In this document: positions 50,086 to 61,899 of the stretch, piece after piece
Numbering within the stretch: the stretch's first letter is position 1
How the letters are laid out: each line of letters starts with the position of its first letter
Assembly: GCA_017302015.1 (NCBI GenBank)
Contig: JAFLEE010000016.1
Span: 5,162 to 69,161 of the forward strand
Length of the DNA stretch: 64,000 nucleotides
Reading direction: 5' to 3'
Source of the DNA: Spirochaetota bacterium
GTDB taxonomy: Bacteria > Spirochaetota > UBA12135 > COTS27 > JAFLEE01
Translations under genes and position numbers: made by a program
The notes under the pieces: model-generated
Seen by the model: the letters and a program-made list of their open reading frames with translations, nothing else
Told to the model about the DNA's origin: nothing
Database searches by the model: none

Positions 50086-51057
50086 TCAGGAGCGCTTCGC
50101 CCCCGCGGTGGATGCGCGGACGATGAGGCGCGCGGGAACCAAGGGCGCCGCGGGCGCGGGGACCCCCGAAAAAAAGGCGTTTAGTTGGTCGAGGACGCCC
50201 CGCGCCAACGCCGGCGCGTCTTGGTCGATGGTCGTGGGTTCGGGGGTCAGCCAGGGGGAGACCCCCGGATTCTCGAAGGTGATGAGGGAGAGGTCGCGGG
50301 GGATGGAGAGGCCGAGTTTGGCGCAGGCGTGGTAGGCGGGGAGCGCGAGGTCTTCCCCGCCGATGAGGAGGGCGGTGGCGCCGCGGTCCATGAGCGCGGC
50401 CACTTGCGGGAGCACTTCGGCGGGCAGGGTGGCGCGGCAAAGCGAACGATCCACGGGAAGCCCGCGGCCTTCGAGGGTCGCCTTCCAGCCCTTCACCCGT
50501 TCGCTCCCCCCCCAATTGGCGAGGCTATTGAGGAGGAGGCCGATGCGGCGGTGTCCGAGCTGGGCCAAATGCGCCACCGCCGAAGCGGCCTGGCCCCGGT
50601 GGTCGGAGCAGACCCCGGGCAAGCCGGGGACGCGGTCGTTCACCATCACGGTGAACGCGGGGTGGCGCTGCCTGAGGCGGGAGCGGGCTTCCTCGCTCCA
50701 GGTGAGGCAAACCGCAGCGCGGATGGCGCGCTGGCAGGCCCGGTCGCAATGGGAGATCGGGAAGACCTCGTAGTGGAACCCGGCGTGGGCGAGCGCGCGG
50801 GTGAGCGCCGAAAGGAGGATGGACGCGTAGGCGCCGACGTGGAGCCCGTCCCCCGTCTCCAGGAAGAGGGCGACGGACCGGGAAGCGATGCCCTCGGGAA
50901 CGTAGCCCAGGCGCTCGAGCACTTCGGAGACCCTGCGCCGGGTCTCTTCCCGCACCTTCGGCGAGAGGTTGAGCACCCGGCTCACCGTCGCCGTGGAGAC
51001 CTTGGCCGCCCGGGCCACCGCGCGCACATCGGGTTTGGGATTGGGGGAACGTGGCAC
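50086..51057 (-). CDS. LacI-family transcriptional regulator
   Basis: HTH VARAAKVSTATVSRVLN followed by a periplasmic-binding-protein-like core. The start is GTG, and an in-frame GTG 10 codons downstream is an alternative. Confidence 0.85.
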   Translation of the reverse strand: MPRSPNPKPDVRAVARAAKVSTATVSRVLNLSPKVREETRRRVSEVLERLGYVPEGIASRSVALFLETGDGLHVGAYASILLSALTRALAHAGFHYEVFPISHCDRACQRAIRAAVCLTWSEEARSRLRQRHPAFTVMVNDRVPGLPGVCSDHRGQAASAVAHLAQLGHRRIGLLLNSLANWGGSERVKGWKATLEGRGLPVDRSLCRATLPAEVLPQVAALMDRGATALLIGGEDLALPAYHACAKLGLSIPRDLSLITFENPGVSPWLTPEPTTIDQDAPALARGVLDQLNAFFSGVPAPAAPLVPARLIVRASTAGAKRS

Positions 51058-51155
51058 GGATCAACCTCGCGAGCCCGAAGGCCGATCCCCGGCGCCGGGG
51101 GCTCCATTCGGCCCGACGAGCGCCCCAACCGCGGCCGCGGCGGACCTGGGAAAAA

Positions 51156-51202
51156 TGTAATGATTACAACGGGAGTATATCCCGGGGGCAACTAAAAAAC
51201 AA
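51156..51202 (-). promoter_or_regulatory. candidate LacI-gene promoter with palindromic operator
   Basis: On the minus strand: TTGTTT (51202-51197), 17-nt spacer, TATACT (51179-51174). The inverted repeat TGTAAT-G-ATTACA (51156-51168) sits just downstream, a LacI-operator-like half-site pair. Confidence 0.35.
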
Positions 51203-51272
51203 CGCGGGGCGGCGAAGGCAGGCCCCCGCACGGGCCCCGCGAGTCGGCGCGCGCCGCGGGTTCGCCTCGCCT

Positions 51273-52763
51273 TCAGCGGACGCGGGTGGCCTTCATGAGG
51301 TCGAGCATGGCGCGGTCGACGAGAAGATCGCCCTCCTTCTCGTAGGCGACATCTTTGCGGCCGCTGTCGAGGGGGCCGAAGGGCCCGCGCAAGTTCCAGA
51401 AGGCCCAGCCGATGCCCATCGCTTGGTATTGCTTGAGGCAATATTCCAGCCAGCGGAGGGTCACCTCGTGGGGCGTGTACTTATAGGCGCCCATCTCCCC
51501 GACGAAGGCGCGCGCGCCGTCCTGGATGGCCGCCCGCCATGGGGCGAGGAATTCGTTGACGGGGCCGTTGGGGTCGAAGTCCTCGGTACTCGTGAGTTGC
51601 CCGCTCGTATCGAGGTTCAAGCGCGGTTGGGGGGCGCCCCATTTGTAGAGGGCGGGGATGGCGTTGGAACGGCCATCGGGGAAGACGAGGGTGAGGCCCG
51701 AAGCGCGCATCCAGTCGCCGTTGGTGACTCGTAGGCTGAGTTCCTGGGCGTTCCGGTCGAGGCGGAAGGGCACATCGAGGTCGTAGACGTTCTGGAACCG
51801 GCTGTATTCCTTTTTATAGACGATTTCCTTCCATTCGCCCTGGTTGCTCGAGGGCACGAAGGACTTTTCGAGGAGCGTGCGCCCATCGGCCTCCACGACG
51901 AGATCGGCCCGGTCGCTCACTTGGGCGATGCGCAGCGCCCCCCGGGTGCCCGCGGGGAATTTCCCCTGGAGGACGAGGGCGGAATGGGGGACGTCGCCCT
52001 TGGTGGGGCTATAGAAGTGCTCGCGCATGGCGGGCACGAGGGGCCAGATCGGAACGGGGAGTTTGTCGGCCCCCTTGTTCCATTCGGCCTTGTAATGGCT
52101 GACGTTTCCGGGCACATAGCCCCGGGTGGAGAGGATGGTATTGGGACGCTTGTAGAGTTCGGGGAAGGGGGTCTTGCCCACGTCCATGCCGTCGACGACC
52201 ACGAGGCGATCGGGGTCGATGCGGTGGATGGCGTCGGTGGCGCGGCCGAAGACGCGCAGGTAATTGGAGGCCGCCGTGCGCGCCGGCTCATTGAGGAGGT
52301 TGAGGGAGACGGCGGCCGGGCTCTCCTTCTTATAGCGTCGGGCGAACATCTCCCAATAGGCGACGAAGCGGTCTTCGGTGGCCGCGTTCGTCCAGAGCTG
52401 GTCGTCGAGGCCCTTGACGGGGTTGATGCAATAGCCCGGGGCTTTGTGCAGGTTGATGCACACGTGCACCCCGTACTTCTTACCGAGGGCGACCGCCTCG
52501 TCGATGGCGGCCAGGGCCTTCTCGTTGAAACGCGTCTCATCGCCGGCGTCGACATAGATGCGGTAATCCAGAGGGAGCCGGGCGAAGGTGAACCCGTGCT
52601 TCCTCATCCAAGCGAAATCGCTCTCCCGAAAATTAGTCTGCTTCCCGAGGGTGTACTGCTCCGTCAGATTGAAGCCGAACCATTTCTTCTCGGGCCTTTC
52701 GGCGGCGGGAGGGAGGGTCGGGACGAGGAGGGCGAGGATGAGGAATAGGGCGGGCTGGCGCAT
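51273..52763 (-). CDS. secreted GH5-family (cellulase-type) glycoside hydrolase
   Basis: Signal peptide MRQPALFLILALLVPTLPPA. Candidate acid/base in NLLNEP and candidate nucleophile in FVGEMG. AAGGAG lies 5 nt upstream of ATG 52763. Confidence 0.8.
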   Translation of the reverse strand: MRQPALFLILALLVPTLPPAAERPEKKWFGFNLTEQYTLGKQTNFRESDFAWMRKHGFTFARLPLDYRIYVDAGDETRFNEKALAAIDEAVALGKKYGVHVCINLHKAPGYCINPVKGLDDQLWTNAATEDRFVAYWEMFARRYKKESPAAVSLNLLNEPARTAASNYLRVFGRATDAIHRIDPDRLVVVDGMDVGKTPFPELYKRPNTILSTRGYVPGNVSHYKAEWNKGADKLPVPIWPLVPAMREHFYSPTKGDVPHSALVLQGKFPAGTRGALRIAQVSDRADLVVEADGRTLLEKSFVPSSNQGEWKEIVYKKEYSRFQNVYDLDVPFRLDRNAQELSLRVTNGDWMRASGLTLVFPDGRSNAIPALYKWGAPQPRLNLDTSGQLTSTEDFDPNGPVNEFLAPWRAAIQDGARAFVGEMGAYKYTPHEVTLRWLEYCLKQYQAMGIGWAFWNLRGPFGPLDSGRKDVAYEKEGDLLVDRAMLDLMKATRVR

Positions 52764-52930
52764 GGGGTCTCCTTGCTGCAGAAGTATAGCCTTCCCCCTC
52801 CCCCTCCGGACATATCCGCCGCGGCAAGGGGGATATCCAAGCCGGCAGGGGCCGTGCATCGGGCTCCTGCGCCGATTTCGGGTAGCGGTCCGGCGCCCGC
52901 CCCCTGGTGCCGCCTCGCGGAATCGGCGGT

Positions 52931-52959
52931 TTGATGGGCGGCGGCAACCGGCCTATAAT
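52931..52959 (+). promoter_or_regulatory. candidate promoter of the CBM/GH-A gene
   Basis: TTGATG, 17-nt spacer, TATAAT. This leaves a leader of about 76 nt before ATG 53036. Confidence 0.4.
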
Positions 52960-53035
52960 GGAGTCCGACGACGATTTCGGTGTTCGCCGCCCGTGGGTCG
53001 CCTCGGGCGCGACCCAAAGGCGCGAGGAGCATCGC

Positions 53036-54931
53036 ATGCGACCTTCCTTCCCCGCATTTTTCATCTGCCTCCTCATCGCCGCCAGCGCCGCGAACCTCGT
53101 GGAAGACGGCTCTTTCGAGGGGGGCGCCCCCTTCGCCACCGAACGCGAGGGGAATGACTCGGGCCGTTGGACGATGTACCTCCCGAAGGGGACCGACGGC
53201 GCCTTCACGTTGGATGGCGAGGGGCGAAGCGGCAATTGCGCGCTCTACACCAAGACGGCCGAGGGCAGCGAGAACCTCCACTTGAACCAGGTCTTCGAGG
53301 TGAAGCCCGCCACCTCCTACGAGGTGCGCGCATGGGTCAAGGGCGACGGCCGGGTGCGGCCCTTCTTCGCCGTCTCGGGCATGAACTGGAAGCATCTGGC
53401 CACGGCCATCGCGCCCGCCTCCGAGGCTTGGCGGCAGGTGCGCCTCTTTTTCGACGCGGGAACGAACACGCGCTTGCGCCTGGAATGGTGGGGCGGGGCG
53501 TCGGGGAAGCCGTTTACGGGCGGGCCCGGCACCGCGCGTCTCGACGATGTGGTCATCGAACCCATGGTCGGCAAGGTGGAGGTCGCCGTCTCGGTCGACG
53601 CGAAGGCGGTCCTGAAATCTGGCCTGCCTCCCCGTCCCATCGGCGTCTCCGAGAACGTCTTCTTCAGTTCTGACCGGCATTACCCCCAGAGAAAAGTCAG
53701 CCAGGTCCAGAGCCTCAAGGACCTCGGCGGGCGGACCGTGCGGGGGATGGAGGGGAATATCGGGGATTTTTTGATCTGGTCCGTGCCCCCCTACGAGAAG
53801 CCCGCCATCCGTTCGACGGCGTGGCATCCCGGCCGGCTCTATTTCGGTTCCCACTTCCATCCCGACGGGACCCTCCAGAAGCCCATGGAGTTCGACGAGT
53901 TCCTCGAGACCGGGATGAAGGCGGGCGTCACGGAGTTCTTCTATGTGGTCGGCATCGACGCGATCCTCATCGCCCCCGGGACCTGGCAGCGCCTCCTCCC
54001 CGACGCGGAGAAGGAGATCCTGCGCGCCGCCGAAGCCCAGGCGCGCTACGCGCGCTCTCGCGGCGCCCGCATGTGGTACGAGATCGGGAACGAGGTCGAC
54101 CTGGTCGAGAAGCCCGACAAGCAGCTCCCCGATTGGGAGCCGGCGGCCTACGCCGAACTCGCCAAGCGCCTCAGCGCCGCCCTGAAGCGCGGCGACCCGG
54201 GGGCCAAGGTCGGCGTCAACGGCGGCTTCAAGGAGAACAGGGCCTGGCTCGATCTCATCCTTCCCCGCGTCGCCGCCGACATCGATTTCGTGGTGGCCCA
54301 CGCGTACTCGCCCACGGGCACCTACGGGCCCGACCGGGTCAACGAGGCGATCGACCGCCTCGCGGTGGATCCCGCGGTCAAGGGCCGCTGGCCCCTCTGC
54401 CTCACCGAGACCAGTTCCTATAGCCCGGGGGCGCCCGTCCGAAACGACCTCGCCGAATCCACCCGCAATTTCGTGCGCTACGGGATCAATCTCCTGCTGC
54501 CGCGGGTGACCTACATGCATTTTTGGACGGACCATGCCGCCGAAAATCGGGCCGATAGCGGCAAATGCGCCTTCGGCCCCGATGGGGGCCTGCTCCCCAT
54601 GGCGCGGGTTCTCGCCCTCTGGAACGAGCACCTCGGGGACCGCATGGTGAAGGCCGAGGTCGACCTGCCGGGCATCCCCGCCTTCGCCACCGTGAAGGCC
54701 GACGGAACGGTGAACGTGTTCGTCGCCAACGTACTCGGCCTGCCCCACCGATTCTCGGTGCGCCTCGACGATGCCACGATCCAAACCGTATCCGTCCACG
54801 CCTGGATGGGTGCCGACGCCTCGGAACTCGACCCGAAATGGGTCGATCGGGGGGCGATCCGCCGGCAAGGCGATGCGTTCCCCGTGGACCTCCCGGGGTT
54901 TGGATTCGCCATGCTCTCCTACGTGAAATAG
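53036..54931 (+). CDS. secreted CBM4/9-like + clan GH-A glycoside hydrolase
   Basis: A signal peptide, then NLVEDGSFEGG (CBM-type N-terminus). Candidate acid/base in WYEIGNEVD and candidate nucleophile in LCLTETS. Confidence 0.7.
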   Translation: MRPSFPAFFICLLIAASAANLVEDGSFEGGAPFATEREGNDSGRWTMYLPKGTDGAFTLDGEGRSGNCALYTKTAEGSENLHLNQVFEVKPATSYEVRAWVKGDGRVRPFFAVSGMNWKHLATAIAPASEAWRQVRLFFDAGTNTRLRLEWWGGASGKPFTGGPGTARLDDVVIEPMVGKVEVAVSVDAKAVLKSGLPPRPIGVSENVFFSSDRHYPQRKVSQVQSLKDLGGRTVRGMEGNIGDFLIWSVPPYEKPAIRSTAWHPGRLYFGSHFHPDGTLQKPMEFDEFLETGMKAGVTEFFYVVGIDAILIAPGTWQRLLPDAEKEILRAAEAQARYARSRGARMWYEIGNEVDLVEKPDKQLPDWEPAAYAELAKRLSAALKRGDPGAKVGVNGGFKENRAWLDLILPRVAADIDFVVAHAYSPTGTYGPDRVNEAIDRLAVDPAVKGRWPLCLTETSSYSPGAPVRNDLAESTRNFVRYGINLLLPRVTYMHFWTDHAAENRADSGKCAFGPDGGLLPMARVLALWNEHLGDRMVKAEVDLPGIPAFATVKADGTVNVFVANVLGLPHRFSVRLDDATIQTVSVHAWMGADASELDPKWVDRGAIRRQGDAFPVDLPGFGFAMLSYVK

Positions 54932-55111
54932 GGGCCCATCGCCGCGGGCCCCGTGGCGCGGGCGCTTCCAGCGCTGTTTTTCACGTCAAGAGGGGCGCCT
55001 TCCGGGGGCGACTTTTGTGGAAAAGGCCCTTCGAGGATATGGTTGCGGGAGGACGCCGATCGCCCGCTGCCGTCGCGGGGCGAAGTCGATCCAGGTTTCC
55101 ACGGGGACCCC

Positions 55112-57388
<2,277 letters not shown>

Positions 57389-57501
57389 GGCGCTGGGCCC
57401 GGCGGCCCCGGCCCCCGATGGGGGCGCTCCGCGCCCTCCCGGGGACGCGATCGGGGCCCTCCCGATTTCCGGGGACGCTGGGCGAAGGTATAGTTCCACC
57501 G

Positions 57502-58107
57502 ATGAAGCGGCGGCAAAGTTTTCCGCCCGCCCATACGAGCCCCTCCTTGAGAACCGATCCCCTCCCCATCGAGCCGACGCCCGCGCGGCATTTCTGGTGG
57601 GGGCTCGCCGGATTCCTCCTCATCATCCTGATCCTCCTGGTGAGTTCCATCCTGCTCATCCTCTTCGACGTGGGCCGCAGCGAAGCCGTCCTCATGGACA
57701 CCGCCTCGGTTCGCACCGGCGTCCAGCGCTACGTGACCCTCGAACTCGCCCACCAACCGCGCCTGGCCGACTCGGTGGCCGCCGAGATCGAGGACCGCTT
57801 CGCCGCCATCGGGATGGGCCCGGTTCGCTCGACCCCGCTCGACCGGGAGCAGCGCGCCTTCCTGGATTCGTGGAGCAAACTCCTGCCGGTCTGGCGGGAG
57901 ATCCGCGGGGAGGGGATCGCCTTCCGCAGGGATCCCAGCCCCGCGCGCATGGAATCCCTCGTCACCCGCAGCGAGGCCTTCGGCGTCAGCCGGAAAATCG
58001 TCTCGCTTTTCGTGGGGGATATCCAGAATACCCGCAGCCTCCTCGTGCTCATCATGGCGCTCCTCGGCGCCGTGCTCGTCATCGGCGTGGGCATCCTCCG
58101 CTCCTGA
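57502..58107 (+). CDS. small two-TM protein with PilJ/NarX-like periplasmic helical sensor domain and no output domain
   Basis: Transmembrane helices FWWGLAGFLLIILILLVSSILLILF and LLVLIMALLGAVLVIGVGIL flank about 150 helical residues (ASVRTGVQRYVTLELAH...). The domain call is tentative. Confidence 0.45.
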   Translation: MKRRQSFPPAHTSPSLRTDPLPIEPTPARHFWWGLAGFLLIILILLVSSILLILFDVGRSEAVLMDTASVRTGVQRYVTLELAHQPRLADSVAAEIEDRFAAIGMGPVRSTPLDREQRAFLDSWSKLLPVWREIRGEGIAFRRDPSPARMESLVTRSEAFGVSRKIVSLFVGDIQNTRSLLVLIMALLGAVLVIGVGILRS

Positions 58108-58229
58108 GGCGGCCGACTCCATCGCCCTCCCCCGGCCCGGAAAAAAATCCAGGTTTCCGTGGGGCAATGTCCATGGACAGGGGGGCGGGGCGGGCGTATG
58201 CTCCAAGGGACCTTTTGGAAGGGGGGCCC

Positions 58230-59501
58230 ATGGGGCGATTCGGGGATGGACGGGAATGGTTTTTCCGGGCTCGCTACGGGCTCTTCATCCACTGGGGCCT
58301 CTACGCCATCCCGGCCTGGCACGAGCAGCACCAATTCCGCCTGGGCCTGCCGCGCAAGGAGTACGCGCCCTTGGCCCGCCGGTTCCATCCACAGGATTTC
58401 GACCCCGAGGCCTGGCTCGATCTCGTCGAAGCCGCGGGCATGAAATACGTCGTCTTCACCGCCAAGCACATCGATGGTTTCTGCCTCTGGGCCACCGGCG
58501 AGACGCCCTACCATGTCGGGAACACCCCCTGGGGCAAGGACGCCCTCGCCCTGCTCGCCCATGCCTGCCACCGCCGCGGCATCCCCCTTTGCCTCTATTA
58601 CAGCCTCGCCGACATGAACCACCCGAATTACCCCACGAGCGGCAAGAGCTACGAACTCCCGGCCCCGGAGCCCGGGGACGAGCCCGACGCCGGCAAGTAC
58701 CTCGCCTTCGTGCGGGCCCAGGTCACCGAACTCTGCACCCGCTACGGGAAGATCCACGGCTTCTGGTGGGATGCGCGCATGTTCGAGGCGCCCGGGGCCG
58801 GGCTCAACGCGCTCATCCGGAAACTCCAGCCCGACGCCGTCATCAATAATCGCGGGTTCGACGCGGGCGATTTCGCCACCCCCGAACGGGAATGGGAGGA
58901 GGGCGAGCACGCCCGGGACGCCTACGCGCGGCCCACCGAGGCCTGCACCTCGGTGGGCTTCCAGAGTTGGGGCTACCGCGCGGGGGAGGACTTCTACGCC
59001 GACCGCTTCCTCGAGGAGAAGATGGATCACGCCTTCGCCAAGGGGGGTAATTTCCTCCTCAACGTGGGCCCCGATGCCCGCGGCGTCATCACCCCGGAAT
59101 ACCGGGAGCCGCTATTGCGCCTGGGCCGCTGGTACGGGCGGGTGAAGGAGGCCTTCGAGGACGCCCCCGCCGTGGGCGGTCTGGTGGACAACCCCGATGT
59201 GCTCACGACCCGCCGCGGGAACACCCTCTATATCCACCTCGCCAAGGCCCCGGCCTCGGATGCGGTGGTGCTCCGGCCCATCGACGCGCTGCCGAGATCG
59301 GCGGTGCTCCTCAATACCGGCGGGCCCGTCGAGGCCCGCCTCGAACTCCTCCCGTGGAACCATCGCGACCGCAAGGCCTGGCTGCGCTTGGCGCGCCTGC
59401 CCGTCAACGAGCACGCGGCTTCGGTGCTGGTCATCCGCCTCGATTTCGAGCGCCTGCCCGAGCGGTTTACCGCCCCATCCCCCGCGGAGATCGTCGCCTA
59501 A
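58230..59501 (+). CDS. GH29-family alpha-L-fucosidase
   Basis: RYGLFIHWGLYAIPAW...MKYVVFTAKHIDGFCLW...LYYSL is the GH29 catalytic-domain pattern. ATG 58167 is an alternative start. Confidence 0.8.
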   Translation: MGRFGDGREWFFRARYGLFIHWGLYAIPAWHEQHQFRLGLPRKEYAPLARRFHPQDFDPEAWLDLVEAAGMKYVVFTAKHIDGFCLWATGETPYHVGNTPWGKDALALLAHACHRRGIPLCLYYSLADMNHPNYPTSGKSYELPAPEPGDEPDAGKYLAFVRAQVTELCTRYGKIHGFWWDARMFEAPGAGLNALIRKLQPDAVINNRGFDAGDFATPEREWEEGEHARDAYARPTEACTSVGFQSWGYRAGEDFYADRFLEEKMDHAFAKGGNFLLNVGPDARGVITPEYREPLLRLGRWYGRVKEAFEDAPAVGGLVDNPDVLTTRRGNTLYIHLAKAPASDAVVLRPIDALPRSAVLLNTGGPVEARLELLPWNHRDRKAWLRLARLPVNEHAASVLVIRLDFERLPERFTAPSPAEIVA

Positions 59502-59521
59502 AACCATGACCGGAGCCGCCC

Positions 59522-60559
59522 ATGAATAGCCTCGAACGCTTCCACGCCACCCTCGATCGAAAGCCGGTGGACCGGCCCTGCACCTGGCTGGGCATGCCCG
59601 ATCCCGCCTCGCTCGCGGGGCTATTCTCATATTTCGGCGTGGAAAACCACCGGGCCCTTTTGGCGAAATTGGGCGACGACCTTTTTCCGGTGGAGATCCC
59701 GTGGGATTCCCCCGGGGCCAAGGCCATCTATTGCGCCCTGGATTTCTCGAAAAACGGCGCCGTCGATCCCGCCCACCGCACGCTCAACGCCCCGGGCGTC
59801 TTCGAGGATGTGGACGACCTCGCCGCGGTGGAGCGCTTCCCCTGGCCCGATCCGCGGGCCCACATCGACCCCGCCGCCTGCCGTCGGGCCGTGGCGGACG
59901 TCCCCGAGGGCAAGGTGGCCCTCGGCGTCATCTGGTCGGCCCATTTCCAGGACGCCTGCGCCGCCTTCGGCATGGAGAACGCCCTCATGACCCTGGTCGA
60001 ATCGCCGGCCATGTTCCAGGCGGTGATCGACCGCGTGACGCGCTTCTACCTCGAGGCCAACGCGATCTTCTACGAGGCCACCCGGGGCAAACTCCACGCC
60101 GTGCTCATCGGCAACGACTTCGGGAGCCAGACGGGCCTGCTGTGCCGCCCCGAGGTGCTGCGCGCCCACGTCCTCCCCGGCACGAAGCGCCTCGTGGACC
60201 AGGCCAAGGGCTACGGGCTGCGGGTCATCCACCATTCCTGCGGTTCGGTGCGCGACGCCATCCCCGACCTCATCCACGCCGGCGTCGACGCCATCCACCC
60301 GATCCAGGCCCTGGCGGCGGGGATGGACCCCGCCGGCTTGAAGCGGGATTTCGGGGACCGGGTGGCCTTCGCGGGCGGGGTCGATGCCCAGGAACTCCTC
60401 GTGCGGGGGGCGCCCGCCCAGGTGCGCGCCAAGGTCCGTGAACTCCGCGGGCTCTTCCCGACCGGGCTGCTGATTTCCCCCAGCCACGAGGCGATCCTGC
60501 CGGATATCCCCCCCGCCAACATCGAAGCGCTATTCGTGGAGGCGCAGGCGGCGTACTGA
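59522..60559 (+). CDS. uroporphyrinogen-decarboxylase (URO-D)/MtaA-like family protein
   Basis: URO-D-fold length and layout, with a VIHHSCG motif. The gene starts 20 nt after the GH29 stop. Confidence 0.75.
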   Translation: MNSLERFHATLDRKPVDRPCTWLGMPDPASLAGLFSYFGVENHRALLAKLGDDLFPVEIPWDSPGAKAIYCALDFSKNGAVDPAHRTLNAPGVFEDVDDLAAVERFPWPDPRAHIDPAACRRAVADVPEGKVALGVIWSAHFQDACAAFGMENALMTLVESPAMFQAVIDRVTRFYLEANAIFYEATRGKLHAVLIGNDFGSQTGLLCRPEVLRAHVLPGTKRLVDQAKGYGLRVIHHSCGSVRDAIPDLIHAGVDAIHPIQALAAGMDPAGLKRDFGDRVAFAGGVDAQELLVRGAPAQVRAKVRELRGLFPTGLLISPSHEAILPDIPPANIEALFVEAQAAY

Positions 60560-60630
60560 GGCACCGCGGGGCGAGCCACGTGGGGGGCGATGTTTTTCGC
60601 CCCGCGGAATTGGGGGTATACTCTACGCCC

Positions 60631-61899
60631 ATGGCGAGGCACGAAAGCGGATCCCAGGGGCCGGACCCCGGCGCCCGCGCCGAGAGCGTCCGCGCCAAGA
60701 TCGCGGAGGGCCTCCCGCTCTCCGTGCTGAAAACCGCGGTCGACGCCTCTCCCGTGACCATCGTGATCACCGATCCCGACGGGAACATCGTCTACACCAA
60801 CCGGCAATTCAACCAGCTCACCGGCTACTCCCTCGAGGAGGCTATCGGCCTCAATCCGCGCATCCTCAACGCGGGCCACTACGGGAAGAAGTACTATGAG
60901 TACCTGTGGAAGACGATCAAGACCGAGCGCAAGGTGTGGCACGGGATCTTCAAGAACCGGAAAAAAGACGGCAGTTTCTATTGGGAAGAGGCCTGGATCA
61001 ACCCGGTGCTCGACGGCGCGGGGAACCTGACCCACTTCGTCGCGGTGAAGGAAAACATCACCCTGCGCAAGGAATTAGCCGAGACGAACCGCGCCCTCAT
61101 GGAACAGAATGCGCGGGCGGTGGAGGCCGCCCGGGTCCTCCAGCGGCAGATGATCACCCAGGACCTTCCCGCCATCCCCGGGTTCGATCTCTCGGCCCTC
61201 TACCTGCCCTCGCAGGCCATGAGCGGCGACCTCTTCCTGTTGCGCGAGCAGGCGGGGAAGCTCGCCATCGTCATGGCGGACTGCACCGGGCACGGGGTGG
61301 AGGCCAGCATGCACGCCAACCTGCTCTGGCGCCATATCGTGCGCTACGAGGAGCTCCTCCACGAGAGCGCCCCGCGCCTGGGCGAGTTCCTCGCCTCCAT
61401 CAACCGCCGCCTCTGCGCCGAGCGCACCGAAGAGAGCGGCTACCCCACGGTGTACGTCGCCGTCATCGACACCAAGACCCGCGTCCTCGACTGCGCCACC
61501 GCCGGGGCGATCCATCCGATCTTCTTCCGCGAGCGGGGCCTGCGGCCCTTCCCTAAGCCGCGGGGCATGCTCCTGGGGTTCGACGCCTCGAGCCGTTACG
61601 AGGCCAAATCCATGGTGCTGGAGGACGGCGACACGATCCTCTTCACCACCGACGGCATCCTCGAGGAGCGCCAACACTCGGGCGCGGCGGGCATCCTCGA
61701 CGACGAGGCCTGCTTCCGGGAGGTGCTCTCTAGCTACCCCGACCGTTCCTTCGTCGAGAACCTGGAGTTCCTCTTCACGCGCTTCTCCGGGCGCGCGCAC
61801 CTGGAACCGCTCCATGACGACGCCTCGATGGTGCTCCTGAAGGTGCTCGGGCCCCAAGAACGGCGGGCCATCGGCGAGCGCCGCACGATCTTCCTCTAG
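60631..61899 (+). CDS. PAS-domain PP2C/SpoIIE-family serine phosphatase
   Basis: PAS region (ITDPDGNIVYTNRQFNQLTGYSLEE...HFVAVKENIT) followed by SpoIIE motifs (SGDLFLL, ADCTGHGVEASM, FTTDGI). Confidence 0.8.
   Translation: MARHESGSQGPDPGARAESVRAKIAEGLPLSVLKTAVDASPVTIVITDPDGNIVYTNRQFNQLTGYSLEEAIGLNPRILNAGHYGKKYYEYLWKTIKTERKVWHGIFKNRKKDGSFYWEEAWINPVLDGAGNLTHFVAVKENITLRKELAETNRALMEQNARAVEAARVLQRQMITQDLPAIPGFDLSALYLPSQAMSGDLFLLREQAGKLAIVMADCTGHGVEASMHANLLWRHIVRYEELLHESAPRLGEFLASINRRLCAERTEESGYPTVYVAVIDTKTRVLDCATAGAIHPIFFRERGLRPFPKPRGMLLGFDASSRYEAKSMVLEDGDTILFTTDGILEERQHSGAAGILDDEACFREVLSSYPDRSFVENLEFLFTRFSGRAHLEPLHDDASMVLLKVLGPQERRAIGERRTIFL

Noticed and set aside
55089-55106. An 18-nt motif ATCCAGGTTTCC-RY-GGGG occurs at 55089-55106 (just upstream of the kinase ATG) and again at 58147-58164 (just upstream of an alternative GH29 ATG).
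   Set aside because: It matches at 16 of 18 positions. My rough estimate is that tens of such pairs are expected by chance in 64 kb, more with the GC bias. The position is suggestive, but the match is not statistically supportable without genome-wide motif analysis.
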